NCBI GenBank assembly: GCA_964586635.1
Contig: CAZPGN010000001.1
Span: forward strand, 11,087 to 70,931
DNA from: an uncultured Candidatus Saccharibacteria bacterium
Lineage (GTDB): Bacteria > Patescibacteriota > Minisyncoccia > Phycocordibacterales > CAZPGN01
Length of the DNA: 59,845 nt
Direction: 5' to 3'
Position 1 is the first letter of the stretch. Each line of letters starts with the position of its first letter. Made by a program: the position numbers and the translations under genes. Below, in pieces: positions 9,280-19,714 of this stretch. The notes beneath the pieces were generated by a model that saw only the letters and a list, made by a program, of their open reading frames with translations, was not told the origin of the DNA and made no database searches.

Positions 9280-10042
9280 AATGAGGCGTGCTAATATTAG
9301 CGCTTTCTACTATTATGTCCCCACGATGCGCACGTTGATTCACAAGCACGGCGCCGCGGCGGATAAGCTCAAGTATCGCTAAAAATCCGAGTACGATATT
9401 CATTCGCCCTTCCTTCGTACTTGCGTTGTGCTGGCCATGGAATTCCTGAAAAGAAATTCGCAAGTTTTTCTGTATTCTCGAAACCAGGCGTGTCATCACC
9501 TCTTCAATGCTAACTATCCTTCGCACGGTCGCCTGCGGTATTTGCTCAATCTTCGGAAGACTTTCTATTACCCCACGGATTGCGGATGCGAGCCCTCGCG
9601 GTGTCAGTTGGCCGCTCGTTGGGGCAAAAAATTGCGGCGCAATGCTTTTCGCCCCACTCGTTGTCCTAAACGCGATACGCCGAGTGGCGTCTGCAAGAGA
9701 GATGTGTTTGTCTCCAATGTGTCTGAAAATCTGCAGTAATCGCAGACGATATTCCATGTTCTCTATATCGCCTCGTTCATGTTCTGTAATCTCTAACGAT
9801 GGAAGGAGCGAGCGAGCCTTGATAAGCATGAGCGTCGAGGCGGCGACGATGAAATTTGCTATATCTGGAATGGAGAAATGCTCGAAGTTTCTTATGTACT
9901 CGATAAAATCGTCAGTAACCTGCGCGAGTGAGACTTCGGATATGTGCATTTTTCTCCGCTCAATAAGACTGATTAGAAGCTGAAGAGGCCCCTCAAATGT
10001 ACCCGCTTTGGTTATGAATTGATCTCCAGAAGTATTACTCAT
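9272..10042 (-). CDS. scpA: Segregation/condensation protein ScpA (kleisin)
   Basis: FEGPLQLL, FIVAASTLMLIKARSLLP, FLAILELIR; ATG 10042 lies just inside the end of aspS. Confidence 0.92.
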   Translation of the reverse strand: MSNTSGDQFITKAGTFEGPLQLLISLIERRKMHISEVSLAQVTDDFIEYIRNFEHFSIPDIANFIVAASTLMLIKARSLLPSLEITEHERGDIENMEYRLRLLQIFRHIGDKHISLADATRRIAFRTTSGAKSIAPQFFAPTSGQLTPRGLASAIRGVIESLPKIEQIPQATVRRIVSIEEVMTRLVSRIQKNLRISFQEFHGQHNASTKEGRMNIVLGFLAILELIRRGAVLVNQRAHRGDIIVESANISTPHYG

Positions 10043-11423
10043 TTCCCAAAACACGAATGCCTAGTTCTTGTAACTGCTCCGCCCCAGCCTCGGTCGGGCT
10101 ATCCATCATTAGATCGCGTCCGTCGCCTGTTTTTGGGAATGCGATAACTTCTCGGATATTCGGCTCATTGGCGAGGAGCATGACGAGCCGATCAAACCCG
10201 ATCGCGAAGCCGCCATGCGGCGGCACGCCGTAGGAGAACGCATCTAGCATGTGCCCGAATTTGGCTCGCACGGTGTCCTTACCATATCCGAGGAGAAGGA
10301 ATGCCCGTTCTAGAAGTTCAGGTTTATGATTTCTGATACTGCCGCCGGCAATCTCATAGCCATTAAGCACAAGGTCGTATTGCTCTGCGATGACGCCGCC
10401 AAGATCCGTGCCGTTTTCTGGCAATGTTTCCCCGCGCGGCATACTGAAAGGATTGTGCCCAAAGTCCCACTTTTGCTCCTTCTCACTCCATTCATAAAAT
10501 GGAAAATCAACTATCCATGCGAATGCGAGCTCGTTCGGGTCGCTTGTGTTGTTGCGCAGGTCGGGTCGATCGGTGCCGAATTTTTTCATAGACTCTGCGT
10601 GTGTGAGCCGAGGGAACGGAATATGTGATATATGCTTGTAGGGATAACAAGACGCCACAACATGCACCATAAGCTCCTCAAGCGCTCGCATGACATCATC
10701 ACGGTTTACAAAACTCATTTCAAGATCGACTTGCGTAAATTCTGGCTGTCGATCTCCGCGCGTATCCTCATCGCGGAAACATCGCGCTATCTGAAAATAT
10801 CTTTCCAGGCCAGCGACCATCAAGAGTTGTTTATACTGCTGGGGCGACTGCGGTAGAGCATAAAATGTACCGCGATGAATACGAGATGGTACGAGATAGT
10901 CACGCGCTCCCTCGGGCGTTGACTTACTTAGTGCGGGCGTCTCAACTTCGACAAAGCGGCGTTTTTTGAAAAAATCGGAGATTGCCGCGATGAGGTCGCT
11001 CCTCTGGCGCAAATTATTCAGCAACCGATGCCGTCGCAGGTCGAGATAGCGATATTTCATTCTTACTTCTTCACCTATCTCATATCCATCCGAGTTTAGC
11101 TCCATTGGCGGCGTCTCGGATTCCGAAAATACCGAGAGACCACTCGCCTGTATTTCATATCCGCCGTTCTTCTGCTCGTGATTGATCATGCTAGCGGGAC
11201 GCGGAGCAACCTTACCGCGCACCTCGACGACCCATTCACCTCGGAGTTTATCAGCGCCGTCACGAAGTTCCTTACCAGCAAAAACTACTTGACACTCTCC
11301 GCTCGCGTCTCGAAGATCTATAAAAATGAGCTTGCCATGATCGCGACGGACCGCAACCCAGCCGCATAACTTTACTACTTGGCCGACCTTGCTTCCTATA
11401 TCGCCTATATAAGTTCGTTCCAT
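10035..11423 (-). CDS. aspS: Aspartyl-tRNA synthetase, short form without the GAD insertion domain
   Basis: RRDHG, FIDLRD, LPQSPQQYKQ, FRDED.R.DRQPEF, PPHGGFA.GFDR; 462 aa. Confidence 0.96.
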   Translation of the reverse strand: MERTYIGDIGSKVGQVVKLCGWVAVRRDHGKLIFIDLRDASGECQVVFAGKELRDGADKLRGEWVVEVRGKVAPRPASMINHEQKNGGYEIQASGLSVFSESETPPMELNSDGYEIGEEVRMKYRYLDLRRHRLLNNLRQRSDLIAAISDFFKKRRFVEVETPALSKSTPEGARDYLVPSRIHRGTFYALPQSPQQYKQLLMVAGLERYFQIARCFRDEDTRGDRQPEFTQVDLEMSFVNRDDVMRALEELMVHVVASCYPYKHISHIPFPRLTHAESMKKFGTDRPDLRNNTSDPNELAFAWIVDFPFYEWSEKEQKWDFGHNPFSMPRGETLPENGTDLGGVIAEQYDLVLNGYEIAGGSIRNHKPELLERAFLLLGYGKDTVRAKFGHMLDAFSYGVPPHGGFAIGFDRLVMLLANEPNIREVIAFPKTGDGRDLMMDSPTEAGAEQLQELGIRVLGNE

Positions 11424-11432
11424 AAGTGGAGA

Positions 11433-12515
<1,083 letters not shown>

Positions 12516-12682
12516 CTAGACACCCAGTCTCTCTTGATTTGTATTGTATGTGATCTCGTATTGCGGCGCAGGCCGGCATCTGTTTAGATGAGCCATATGT
12601 GGTAAATAGCACGATAGTTAACCTTTGTCACCCAATAAGATTAGCTGTACAAATACCGTGTGTGCGGTGATACAATTATAAA

Positions 12683-13327
12683 ATGAAAGTAAACATTGTC
12701 TATCTCTTCGGATTATTCGAGAATCACACCGATTCTCTCTTTACATATCTTAAGAAAAATACCGTACATATTGAATGGTGTGGTATTGAATTATACCCAG
12801 AATCAGAATTTGGCTCCTACTCCTTTGCTGAGGAAATGAAAAGGATACAAACCATCATTGACGATATACGCCCTGACATGCTGGTTGCCCATAGTCTCGG
12901 CGCGTATGTTTCAGCACAATTAGTTTTTAATTGCCCTGTCGTTTTTCTAGAACCGTCTCTTGCCATTTCTGATATTGTCCTGCCAAACACAAAACATGGG
13001 AACAACGGGTCTCTGTACGATGACGGGAAACACAAAGTCAAACTATCAACTGAATTTGTAGAATCAATCAAGCTAATGCCGTCAATTAAAGAATTGGCTT
13101 ACTCTTCTAAATTATCGAGTGAGGATGTGTGCATTATAGGAGCTGGGAAAGGAGGACATATCATAGCCCGTCAGTACTGTATACCGAGTTCGCGCTATGT
13201 CTATTTTCCTAATGCCAACCATATGTTTTCGGGTGGAAAAGAAAGGCGGAAAATATTATCACTTATAAAAAAGCGGCTCGACATTATACCGGGCCGCGTA
13301 AGAGATGTTTGCACAATATCTCCGTGA
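12683..13327 (+). CDS. Small alpha/beta-hydrolase fold protein, AT-rich
   Basis: AHSLG nucleophile elbow and C-terminal ANHMF His; ~33% GC by hand count of 12661-12780; TGaTACAAT 6 nt before the ATG. Confidence 0.7.
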   Translation: MKVNIVYLFGLFENHTDSLFTYLKKNTVHIEWCGIELYPESEFGSYSFAEEMKRIQTIIDDIRPDMLVAHSLGAYVSAQLVFNCPVVFLEPSLAISDIVLPNTKHGNNGSLYDDGKHKVKLSTEFVESIKLMPSIKELAYSSKLSSEDVCIIGAGKGGHIIARQYCIPSSRYVYFPNANHMFSGGKERRKILSLIKKRLDIIPGRVRDVCTISP

Positions 13328-13514
13328 TTGGCAGTTTGGTTAACTGCTCTATCCACATCCAATGACCCTGTGCGTTACACTCAAGAAAAACGATTTCCCC
13401 TTCGGTAGAAACAACAAGGTCGATGATCCCAAACTTGAGATTGAGTCTTTTGACCAGCTCCACGCACCTGTCGCTTGTTGAATCGTCAAGCTCATACGGT
13501 TCATGTGGAGTGTT
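13284..13514 (-). pseudogene. C-terminal relic of an ATP-grasp ligase resembling MvdC/MvdD-type graspetide maturases
   Basis: Manual translation NTPHEPYELDDSTSDRCVELVKRLNLKFGIIDLVVSTEGEIVFLECNAQGHWMWIEQLTKLPITEILCKHLLRGPV*; in-frame TAA immediately upstream; no N-terminal domains. Confidence 0.75.
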
Positions 13515-13555
13515 TTAATAATCCATCATCGGTTGTTGTCAACAGCCTTGTGTGG

Positions 13556-15334
13556 CTAGTGTTTGCGGGCCTTTGCGCGATCAGACTCCTTGAGGAACTG
13601 CTTTCTCAATCTGATATTGCTCGGAGTTATCTCAAGATATTCATCATCGGCCATCCATTCTAGACCACGTTCTATCGTAAGCTCAAGGTGTGGTGTGAGC
13701 ATAATTTTCTCATCCGAGCCGCTTGCGCGCATATTGGTAAGCTCCTTGCCCTTGGTTGGATTTACTGTCATCTCCTCTCCTTTTGCCGTGTTGCCTATTA
13801 CCATGCCTTCATATACTTCTGTCGTTGCCCCAATATACAAGGCGCCGCGAGTTTGCAAATTGTCAAGAGAGAAGGCGAGCGACTTTCCAGAAGCCATTGA
13901 GATCATAGAGCCCGCTTTGCGCTTTTGTATTTCGCCAACGAAAGGTCGGAATCCGATTACTCTGCTCGCGAATATTCCTTCGCCCCTCGTATCGATAATG
14001 AATTGTCCGCGATAGCCGAGTAATCCGCGCGTGGGTCCTTCCATGATGAGGCGGACTCGGCTCCCATCCGTCTTTATGTCCTTTGCGAAAACAGCGCGGC
14101 GCGAAAGCTTTTCTATTACTGTTCCTTGTTCCGAAACGGGTATCTCTATGGTTACTTCCTCGAATGGTTCATGCCTAACGCCATCTATATTCTTAAAAAT
14201 TACCTGTGGTTGAGAAACCTGAACTTCATATCCCTCGCGTCGCATATTTTCTAGCAGGATCGCGATATGGAGCTCTCCGCGCCCGTACACGCGCATAACA
14301 TCGCCAGAGAAATCTATCTTGAGGCCGATGTTCACCTCTAACTCTCGTTCAAGCCGTTCGCGTATTTGTCTTCCCGTAACAAATCTTCCGTCCCGTCCAG
14401 CGAATGGAGAATTGTTAACCAGGAAGTTGAGAGCAATGGTTGGCTCGTCAACAGAAATCGTAGGGAGAGGCGCGGTATCGGTAGAATCGCAGACAGTATC
14501 GCCGATGAAAATATCCGGAATACCCGCAAACATGACAATGTCCCCTGCGTAAGCTTCTTGCACCGCAGTGCGGACTAGACCGTTGAATGTGAATATTTTC
14601 GTAATTTTGCCTTTTGCTATTTCAGTATCGTTCTTTTTCACAAATACGGTCGCGCCTTCTCGCAGTGTTCCAGTATAGATGCGTGCTATTGCGAGCCTGC
14701 CGAGAAAGTTATCATATGCGAGATTAAAAGGCTGCGCGGCGAGCGGCGCCGATACATCGTTTCCCGCAGAGGGGATTTTTTCTATGATTGTGTCTAGGAG
14801 CGGATCGAGATTAATGCGCGGGTCATTAGGATTTCTCATTGCGACACCTTCCCTGCCGATCGCATAGATGGTCGAAAATTCAAGCTGTTCATTAGTCGCT
14901 CCGAGCTCGATGAACAATTCCAGCACTTCATCGTGGGCTCTTTTCGGGTCGGCAGAAGGCTTGTCAATTTTGTTCAAAACAAGTATTGGTCGATGTCCAA
15001 TCTCGAGCGATTTCTTGAGCACGAATCGCGTTTGCGGCATCGGACCTTCCTGGGCGTCTACGACAAGCAGCACAGAGTCGATGGAACGCAATACGCGCTC
15101 GACCTCTGATCCAAAATCAGCGTGGCCTGGAGTGTCTACAACATTAATCTTTGTCCCCCTATACTGAACTGATGCGTTTTTCGAATAAATAGTAATCCCG
15201 CGTTCCTGTTCTAGTTGATTTGAATCCATCGTTACGCCTTCCTGAATAGCGCCTGTTTGCCGCATGATGGCATCGGTCAAGGTTGTCTTGCCGTGATCGA
15301 CATGAGCGATGATCGCGATGTTGCGAGTTTCCAT
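13556..15334 (-). CDS. bipA: Translational GTPase BipA/TypA
   Basis: RNIAIIAHVDHGKTT, DTPGHADF, GRGELH, GPTRGL.G, NPTKGK.LTNMRASG. Confidence 0.97.
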   Translation of the reverse strand: METRNIAIIAHVDHGKTTLTDAIMRQTGAIQEGVTMDSNQLEQERGITIYSKNASVQYRGTKINVVDTPGHADFGSEVERVLRSIDSVLLVVDAQEGPMPQTRFVLKKSLEIGHRPILVLNKIDKPSADPKRAHDEVLELFIELGATNEQLEFSTIYAIGREGVAMRNPNDPRINLDPLLDTIIEKIPSAGNDVSAPLAAQPFNLAYDNFLGRLAIARIYTGTLREGATVFVKKNDTEIAKGKITKIFTFNGLVRTAVQEAYAGDIVMFAGIPDIFIGDTVCDSTDTAPLPTISVDEPTIALNFLVNNSPFAGRDGRFVTGRQIRERLERELEVNIGLKIDFSGDVMRVYGRGELHIAILLENMRREGYEVQVSQPQVIFKNIDGVRHEPFEEVTIEIPVSEQGTVIEKLSRRAVFAKDIKTDGSRVRLIMEGPTRGLLGYRGQFIIDTRGEGIFASRVIGFRPFVGEIQKRKAGSMISMASGKSLAFSLDNLQTRGALYIGATTEVYEGMVIGNTAKGEEMTVNPTKGKELTNMRASGSDEKIMLTPHLELTIERGLEWMADDEYLEITPSNIRLRKQFLKESDRAKARKH

Positions 15335-15366
15335 AATTGCAAAAGCCCTCGCGGGCTTGGAGAGCA

Positions 15367-15396
15367 AGACTACCACACCTTGATGAGTAATGTCAA
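15367..15396 (-). promoter_or_regulatory. Sigma70-type promoter of bipA
   Basis: TTGACA-18 bp-(TGg)TAGTCT; short leader with an AAGCCC-gcga-GGGCTT hairpin. Confidence 0.7.
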
Positions 15397-15421
15397 TGAC
15401 GCAGGGGGAGTGAAATAACTT

Positions 15422-17056
15422 TTACTGCAAGGCATTTTGGGACAGAAGTTTTTCCTGAACGCCAGCAGGCAATGAGATGGTGAATGTAGCGCCCTTGCCC
15501 TTCCCGGCGGACTCTGCCCATATGGTTCCGTTATGCGCATCGACTATATTTTTGGCTATATAGAGACCAAGTCCAGTGCCGCTCGTTTTCGCCTTAGCGG
15601 CATCGGCGCGATTGAACTTTTCAAAAAGGCCGTCAATGTTTTCAGGCGAGATTCCGGCGCCGGTATCCTGAATAGATAGCAGAATTACTCCGTCGTTTCG
15701 GCTTAGTGATATATGCACTTTCCCCCCACTTGTATATTTCAGGGCATTGTCCAGGAGATTCAATACGACCTGTCGAATTTTTTCGGAATCAAGCGTCGCC
15801 GTGAAGTCTTTTTTCTTATCCATCGTCAATGTAAACGATAGGCCAGTCTTTTCTATCGCCGGCTTCTGTGATTCGATGGTTTCGCGCAAAAGTCTTCCAA
15901 GATCGGTAGCCTCAAAGTGAAACTTTAGCTTACCAAGTTCAATTCTGGATATATTGAGAAAGTCATCGATTACCGAGACAAGCAGTTGACTAGACTGGAA
16001 AATCTTGTCAACAGCCCCACTCACTTTTTCACCCATTGCACCGAAGGATCCTTCAAGGAGCATAGACGAGTAGCCCTTTATCGCCGTGAGTGGAGAGCGG
16101 AATTGATGCGATGCCATCGAAAGGAATTCGGTTTTTTGACGACTTAATTCCTGCAACTGTTGATTAGCCCCGGCCAATTCACCTGCCAAATGCTCAATCC
16201 TCTCCCGCGATTCAACCTCTTTCAACACAGAGCGGATAAGCAGGATGCCGAAAATCGTAGTAAGGACTAAGAATACAGAATTTACAATTAGATCGCTAGT
16301 TTCAACAGACAAAAATGTTCGAATTAAAATTCCTATCCACATCAAGAAGGTGATTATCTCTGTTGCGATAACCTTGAGATTAAATAAATGATGCTTAACA
16401 ACAGCATAAGCGATGGAAATAATCATTATTATTGTGAAAATCGGTCCAAGCCAAATGTAACTGTAATTGTTAAACCAGGGGAGGATTATATTAAAGATAA
16501 TTCCAAAAAACCATGCGACAGATGTCCCAACAATAATAAAACGATATTGAGCTTTCTCAATATGGTTAGTTGCCTTCCTGTATCCATTTAAAAGATTTTC
16601 AAATGCTGCACTAAGGTAAATAAAGAGAAAAATTAAGAAAAAAGCGTAATTTACAGTATCGATACTTACAGATTTTTGAGTGCCATTTAGCGTGATGTCT
16701 TTAAGGAATAGATATTTATTTGATAGAAACAGGATTGAAAGGAAAATTGATGGAGTGACAACGATAAAGAAATCCAGGGCATCGAACTTTTTCTTTGCGG
16801 GGAATACCCGTGAAAACAATAAAAAAAGGCTTACGAATGTGGCCCCAATAACATAATACGAATTCGCGAAGAAATATGCTGAATCAACTGACGTTGCGTT
16901 CAAAAAAAGAGCTAAACCCAGTGACCAAAATGACAATAATACAACAAATAAACCGAAAACCTTGCCAACAAGATTCTTTTGTCCTAACACTACTAGAAGT
17001 GCTAGAAAACTATTGAGAATCGAGATTATAAATAGAAAAGTTGTCTTAATCTCCAT
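15422..17056 (-). CDS. Membrane sensor histidine kinase with a 7TM (HisKA_7TM-like) input domain; no adjacent response regulator
   Basis: Multiple TM helices in the first ~280 aa; H-box SHQFRSPL, N-box NLLDNALKY, G1 DTGAG, F-box FEKF, G2 GTGLGL. Confidence 0.92.
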   Translation of the reverse strand: MEIKTTFLFIISILNSFLALLVVLGQKNLVGKVFGLFVVLLSFWSLGLALFLNATSVDSAYFFANSYYVIGATFVSLFLLFSRVFPAKKKFDALDFFIVVTPSIFLSILFLSNKYLFLKDITLNGTQKSVSIDTVNYAFFLIFLFIYLSAAFENLLNGYRKATNHIEKAQYRFIIVGTSVAWFFGIIFNIILPWFNNYSYIWLGPIFTIIMIISIAYAVVKHHLFNLKVIATEIITFLMWIGILIRTFLSVETSDLIVNSVFLVLTTIFGILLIRSVLKEVESRERIEHLAGELAGANQQLQELSRQKTEFLSMASHQFRSPLTAIKGYSSMLLEGSFGAMGEKVSGAVDKIFQSSQLLVSVIDDFLNISRIELGKLKFHFEATDLGRLLRETIESQKPAIEKTGLSFTLTMDKKKDFTATLDSEKIRQVVLNLLDNALKYTSGGKVHISLSRNDGVILLSIQDTGAGISPENIDGLFEKFNRADAAKAKTSGTGLGLYIAKNIVDAHNGTIWAESAGKGKGATFTISLPAGVQEKLLSQNALQ

Positions 17057-17058
17057 TT

Positions 17059-17961
17059 TTACTTCTTTGCAACGAGCACATGGTGGATTCGTAGTGGTTC
17101 ATAAATCGCGCGCATTTTATTCGGCTGGAATCCAGATTTTAACGCAAGATCGATGAGCTCTTCTGTGCTTCTATAAATCATTTTCCAATTTACTAAATTG
17201 GTTACGAAACGCCTTTCAATATTATCATCAATGTTGGCTATTATCATTACCCCACCATTTTCTAGACTATTATAAATCACTGACAGTACCTTGACCACCT
17301 GTAAATCATCAAAATAATCCAACAAACCCACCATTTCGACGATATTTATCTTGTCTTTATGTGTTAAATGAGCTGGGAAATTGGAGGCAGTATCTACAAT
17401 CCATCGTAATCTGAATTGTTTTGGGCATATCATCGCAAGACTTTTACTATACTCAATAGCTTCTGGGTTTTTATCCAGAAAAATAACGGATACCCTCAAT
17501 TTTTTAGGTATTTTAAGTCTGGACATTGCTTCGATTACCGCCCGAGCCGACCCGGAAGCAATACTAAGGAGGCCAATATTGACATCTTGTTTTACAAGCT
17601 TCTTTGCTGTATTTCTGATTATTTTCTTAACTAGTCTTAGTCGATTACGCGCCGCCTTTGCATTTATTGTACTGAACCATAGCTTATGCGCTATGGCCTC
17701 AGCCCAGTTAGAAGTTAGATGTGGGTGGCCACCGCTATAAAGTACCTCTAGTGCCTCATGTGTCGTTGCTTTATTGATGACGATTTCTGCGCCTCGATGG
17801 GTTTTTTTTACAAAACCTCCGAGTATTGAAGGGAGTAGATTAATCAATGGAATGATTAATAGATTCAACACACCCCTAGTAGGTCCGATTTTTTCATAAC
17901 CTGCGGCGCTGTCATCGTCAACAGAAATTCTTACTCCTTTATGAATCCATTGATCCCTCAT
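17059..17961 (-). CDS. Class I SAM-dependent methyltransferase, PhcB-like by motif resemblance
   Basis: AKAARNR, LLSIASG, FLDKNPEA, GLLDYF, GG.MIIAN, WKMIYR; AGGAG SD inside the plsC 3' end; stop is 2 nt before the kinase ATG. Confidence 0.75.
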   Translation of the reverse strand: MRDQWIHKGVRISVDDDSAAGYEKIGPTRGVLNLLIIPLINLLPSILGGFVKKTHRGAEIVINKATTHEALEVLYSGGHPHLTSNWAEAIAHKLWFSTINAKAARNRLRLVKKIIRNTAKKLVKQDVNIGLLSIASGSARAVIEAMSRLKIPKKLRVSVIFLDKNPEAIEYSKSLAMICPKQFRLRWIVDTASNFPAHLTHKDKINIVEMVGLLDYFDDLQVVKVLSVIYNSLENGGVMIIANIDDNIERRFVTNLVNWKMIYRSTEELIDLALKSGFQPNKMRAIYEPLRIHHVLVAKK

Positions 17962-18640
17962 AATCTCCTAAAAGCCCTATCTCATTTATTATCAAACTAG
18001 ATATTGATAGCAACTTACTGAAATCGTCCTTGGTTTTTTGATAGACACGATCTCTATGATTGAGAAAAGTTCTTCCAATACGCACTTCGATTCTATGCTT
18101 TCTTAGGAAAAAACGCGATGGGGTGAGACCAAAGGAACCTGTGATGGCGATTGGGATAATGACGGCGCCTGTTTTTTCAACAAGGTAACCGATGCCGGGT
18201 TTGCCCTCGTGCAGTTTACCATCCGGCGTTCGCTGACCTTCAGGAAACATCAATAATGTCCCGCCGCGCCGTAGGAGTTTTACATGGTCTTTAAGCGCTA
18301 CATCATAATCTCCTGTTCCGAGAGGCGTGGAGATGCCGCCAAGAACACTGAACACGATATCGCCTATGATGTATCTGAAGAACGGCATCGAGCGATAGTG
18401 TTCCTTGCTCATTGCCATGTAGAATATTGGATACAATGGCGAAAATAGTCCTGGCGCCACAGAGACGAGAAACGGGTCCATCCACGTTATGTGATTCGAC
18501 GCAAGAATAACACCATGAGACCCGTCGACATTGGCAAGATTTTCGGCTCCTCGTATCCGCAAGCGCACAAAGAAGATAAACAGGATGCGTAGCGGCGCCC
18601 ATACGAGTTTCTCAAAAATATATGGGAGAGCTTGCTTCAC
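17939..18640 (-). CDS. Lysophospholipid acyltransferase (PlsC family)
   Basis: NHITWMD (HxxxxD), FPEG, PIAI.G; GTG start. Confidence 0.9.
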   Translation of the reverse strand: MKQALPYIFEKLVWAPLRILFIFFVRLRIRGAENLANVDGSHGVILASNHITWMDPFLVSVAPGLFSPLYPIFYMAMSKEHYRSMPFFRYIIGDIVFSVLGGISTPLGTGDYDVALKDHVKLLRRGGTLLMFPEGQRTPDGKLHEGKPGIGYLVEKTGAVIIPIAITGSFGLTPSRFFLRKHRIEVRIGRTFLNHRDRVYQKTKDDFSKLLSISSLIINEIGLLGDYEGSMDS

Positions 18641-18658
18641 TGTTTTATGCCGCCTTGG

Positions 18659-19711
18659 TTAGAGAATAATCGGGGTGAGTAGGCGGGCGAATGCTCGTGC
18701 AAGGGGGTAGTACCAGCGCTCTGCATAGATGTCGTCATTGAAAATAGTGGCAGATTTTTTCCACAGCGAGATGATTCTGTTCAGGTCGCGTAGCATTTTC
18801 TTGTCGCTAAACAATACTCCCACCTCCATTGTAACACCAAAGCTGACAGGATCTGTATTCTGGCTTCCAACTATTGCCCGTTCTTCGTCAATGACTAGCG
18901 CTTTTGCGTGTATCATATCTGACGAGAAATGAAATGTGATGCCAGTGGACGCAAGTTCGCGAGCGAATATGCGATGAAATACATTGATATATCTCGGATC
19001 GGTATGTAACGGAAGCACGATGTCTATACTGACATTTCTCCCGCGCGCGGCTCGCAGGGCAGATGACAACCAGCGAGGGGGGATGAAATATGGCGTGACG
19101 ATTACAATTTTGGAATTCGCTTCGTCGATAAGTTCTCGGTATTCCTTTGGGAAAGTCGGTTGTCCTAAATTAGGCCAGTGCTCGAGAATACGCATATGAG
19201 TCTTTCGCAATCTCTGACGCAATGGTGATGCGTGGGCATAGGCGAGAATGCGAGTATCCTTGCCGCCACAGAGTTCATAAAAACGCGCGACAGACCGTAG
19301 AAGCGGCTTTGTTGCAGACCCCGTTATTCGCATATGCAGGTCTGTCCATTTTCTATATTCATCACCGATATTAACGCCACCAATAAACGCGATCTTTTCA
19401 TCGACAATGAGGATTTTGCGATGCGTTCGATACAATATGTGGTTGTAGAAGATTACTTCTGCTCCAGCGGCACGGAGCTTTTCCTGCGTAGCCCGATTGA
19501 ACCAGAGACTACCGAAGCCGTCCGCGACTATCTTTACGGATACTCCCGCTGACGCTTTAGCCTCGAGCGCGGCAATAAAGTCGTGCGTGAGGCGCGTATC
19601 ATTGTTGAAAATATAGATTTCCCAATATATTGAATGGCCCGCACGCTTGATAGCATCAAGCATGGCAGTCCATGCCGCCTCGGAATTGATATAAAATTTA
19701 TATTTTCTCAC
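18659..19711 (-). CDS. Phospholipase D superfamily, ClsB-like cardiolipin synthase without N-terminal TM helices
   Basis: Two HKD motifs: HRKILIVDEK...GGVN and HAKALVIDEE...GSQN; starts 3 nt after the dnaJ stop. Confidence 0.9.
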   Translation of the reverse strand: MRKYKFYINSEAAWTAMLDAIKRAGHSIYWEIYIFNNDTRLTHDFIAALEAKASAGVSVKIVADGFGSLWFNRATQEKLRAAGAEVIFYNHILYRTHRKILIVDEKIAFIGGVNIGDEYRKWTDLHMRITGSATKPLLRSVARFYELCGGKDTRILAYAHASPLRQRLRKTHMRILEHWPNLGQPTFPKEYRELIDEANSKIVIVTPYFIPPRWLSSALRAARGRNVSIDIVLPLHTDPRYINVFHRIFARELASTGITFHFSSDMIHAKALVIDEERAIVGSQNTDPVSFGVTMEVGVLFSDKKMLRDLNRIISLWKKSATIFNDDIYAERWYYPLARAFARLLTPIIL

Positions 19712-19714
19712 GAA

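Noticed and set aside
12516-12596. 26-aa minus-strand ORF MAHLNRCRPAPQYEITYNTNQERLGV as a leader or RiPP precursor
   Set aside because: No RBS or promoter support, no Trp codons, and no clear precursor motif.
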